Of a stretch of DNA of 17,049 nt, positions 16,824-17,049 are shown one piece after another. How positions within the stretch are numbered: the stretch's first letter is position 1; every line of letters begins with the position of its first letter. This DNA comes from Promethearchaeota archaeon. GTDB taxonomy: Archaea > Asgardarchaeota > Thorarchaeia > Thorarchaeales > Thorarchaeaceae. The stretch spans positions 677-17,725 of the forward strand of contig JALVPN010000046.1 in NCBI GenBank assembly GCA_027031765.1, in the 5' to 3' direction. The notes under the pieces are model-generated. The model was not told where the DNA came from, did no database searches, and worked only from the letters and a program-made list of their open reading frames with translations. The position numbers and the translations under genes were made by a program.

Positions 16824-17049
16824 CATATACCTCCAGTTCTGGATGGTACGTGGTGGCAATTTCCATTACGTGCGTACGAATACGGTCATGCAGTGCTCTG
16901 TTGCCTGCACATCTGAAGAGTCAACGGAGCCCCATCCGAAACAGGCCCGTAGTGTCAGGCACCATGGCCGCACATGTGTCGTTCCCGAGACCGACCGCAG
17001 CAGCGGTGCAATTGCTCACGGGTGCAGATGGTGCCGACCACAAAGAGCT

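Noticed and set aside
16830-17049. Possible gene end or RNA at the right edge
   Set aside because: No frame gives a recognisable protein, and no tRNA or other RNA signature was seen. Flanking sequence is needed.

Overview
GC-rich (roughly 60% by eye) archaeal chromosomal segment. It is most likely from an Asgard archaeon, probably Thorarchaeia. This is inferred from the 24-aa VDLxPL leucine-rich-repeat protein, a 7TM plus longin/roadblock-like gene, an archaeal-type MetRS, a DUF3782-like nuclease and BRE/TATA-type promoters; no database search was run. Gene order: uvrA (minus, runs off the left edge; missed by the ORF track), uvrB, LRR protein, TPR protein with a C-terminal Cys4 motif, and an alpha/beta hydrolase (all minus). 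Next is a plus-strand pseudogene (7614-8689) of a 7TM membrane protein with a cytoplasmic longin/roadblock-like domain, reconstructed across three frameshifts and three in-frame stops. Then metG (minus), an ATP-grasp ligase plus HAD phosphatase pair (plus), a coupled FAD oxidoreductase plus Fe-S/CCG protein with an extra SCP2-like C-terminal domain (minus), and a heptad-repeat PD-(D/E)xK protein (minus). No rRNA, tRNA, CRISPR array or mobile element was recognised. The best candidates for uncharacterised biology are the flavin/Fe-S/SCP2-like redox module, the decayed 7TM-longin gene, the ATP-grasp/HAD pair and the TPR-Cys4 protein.
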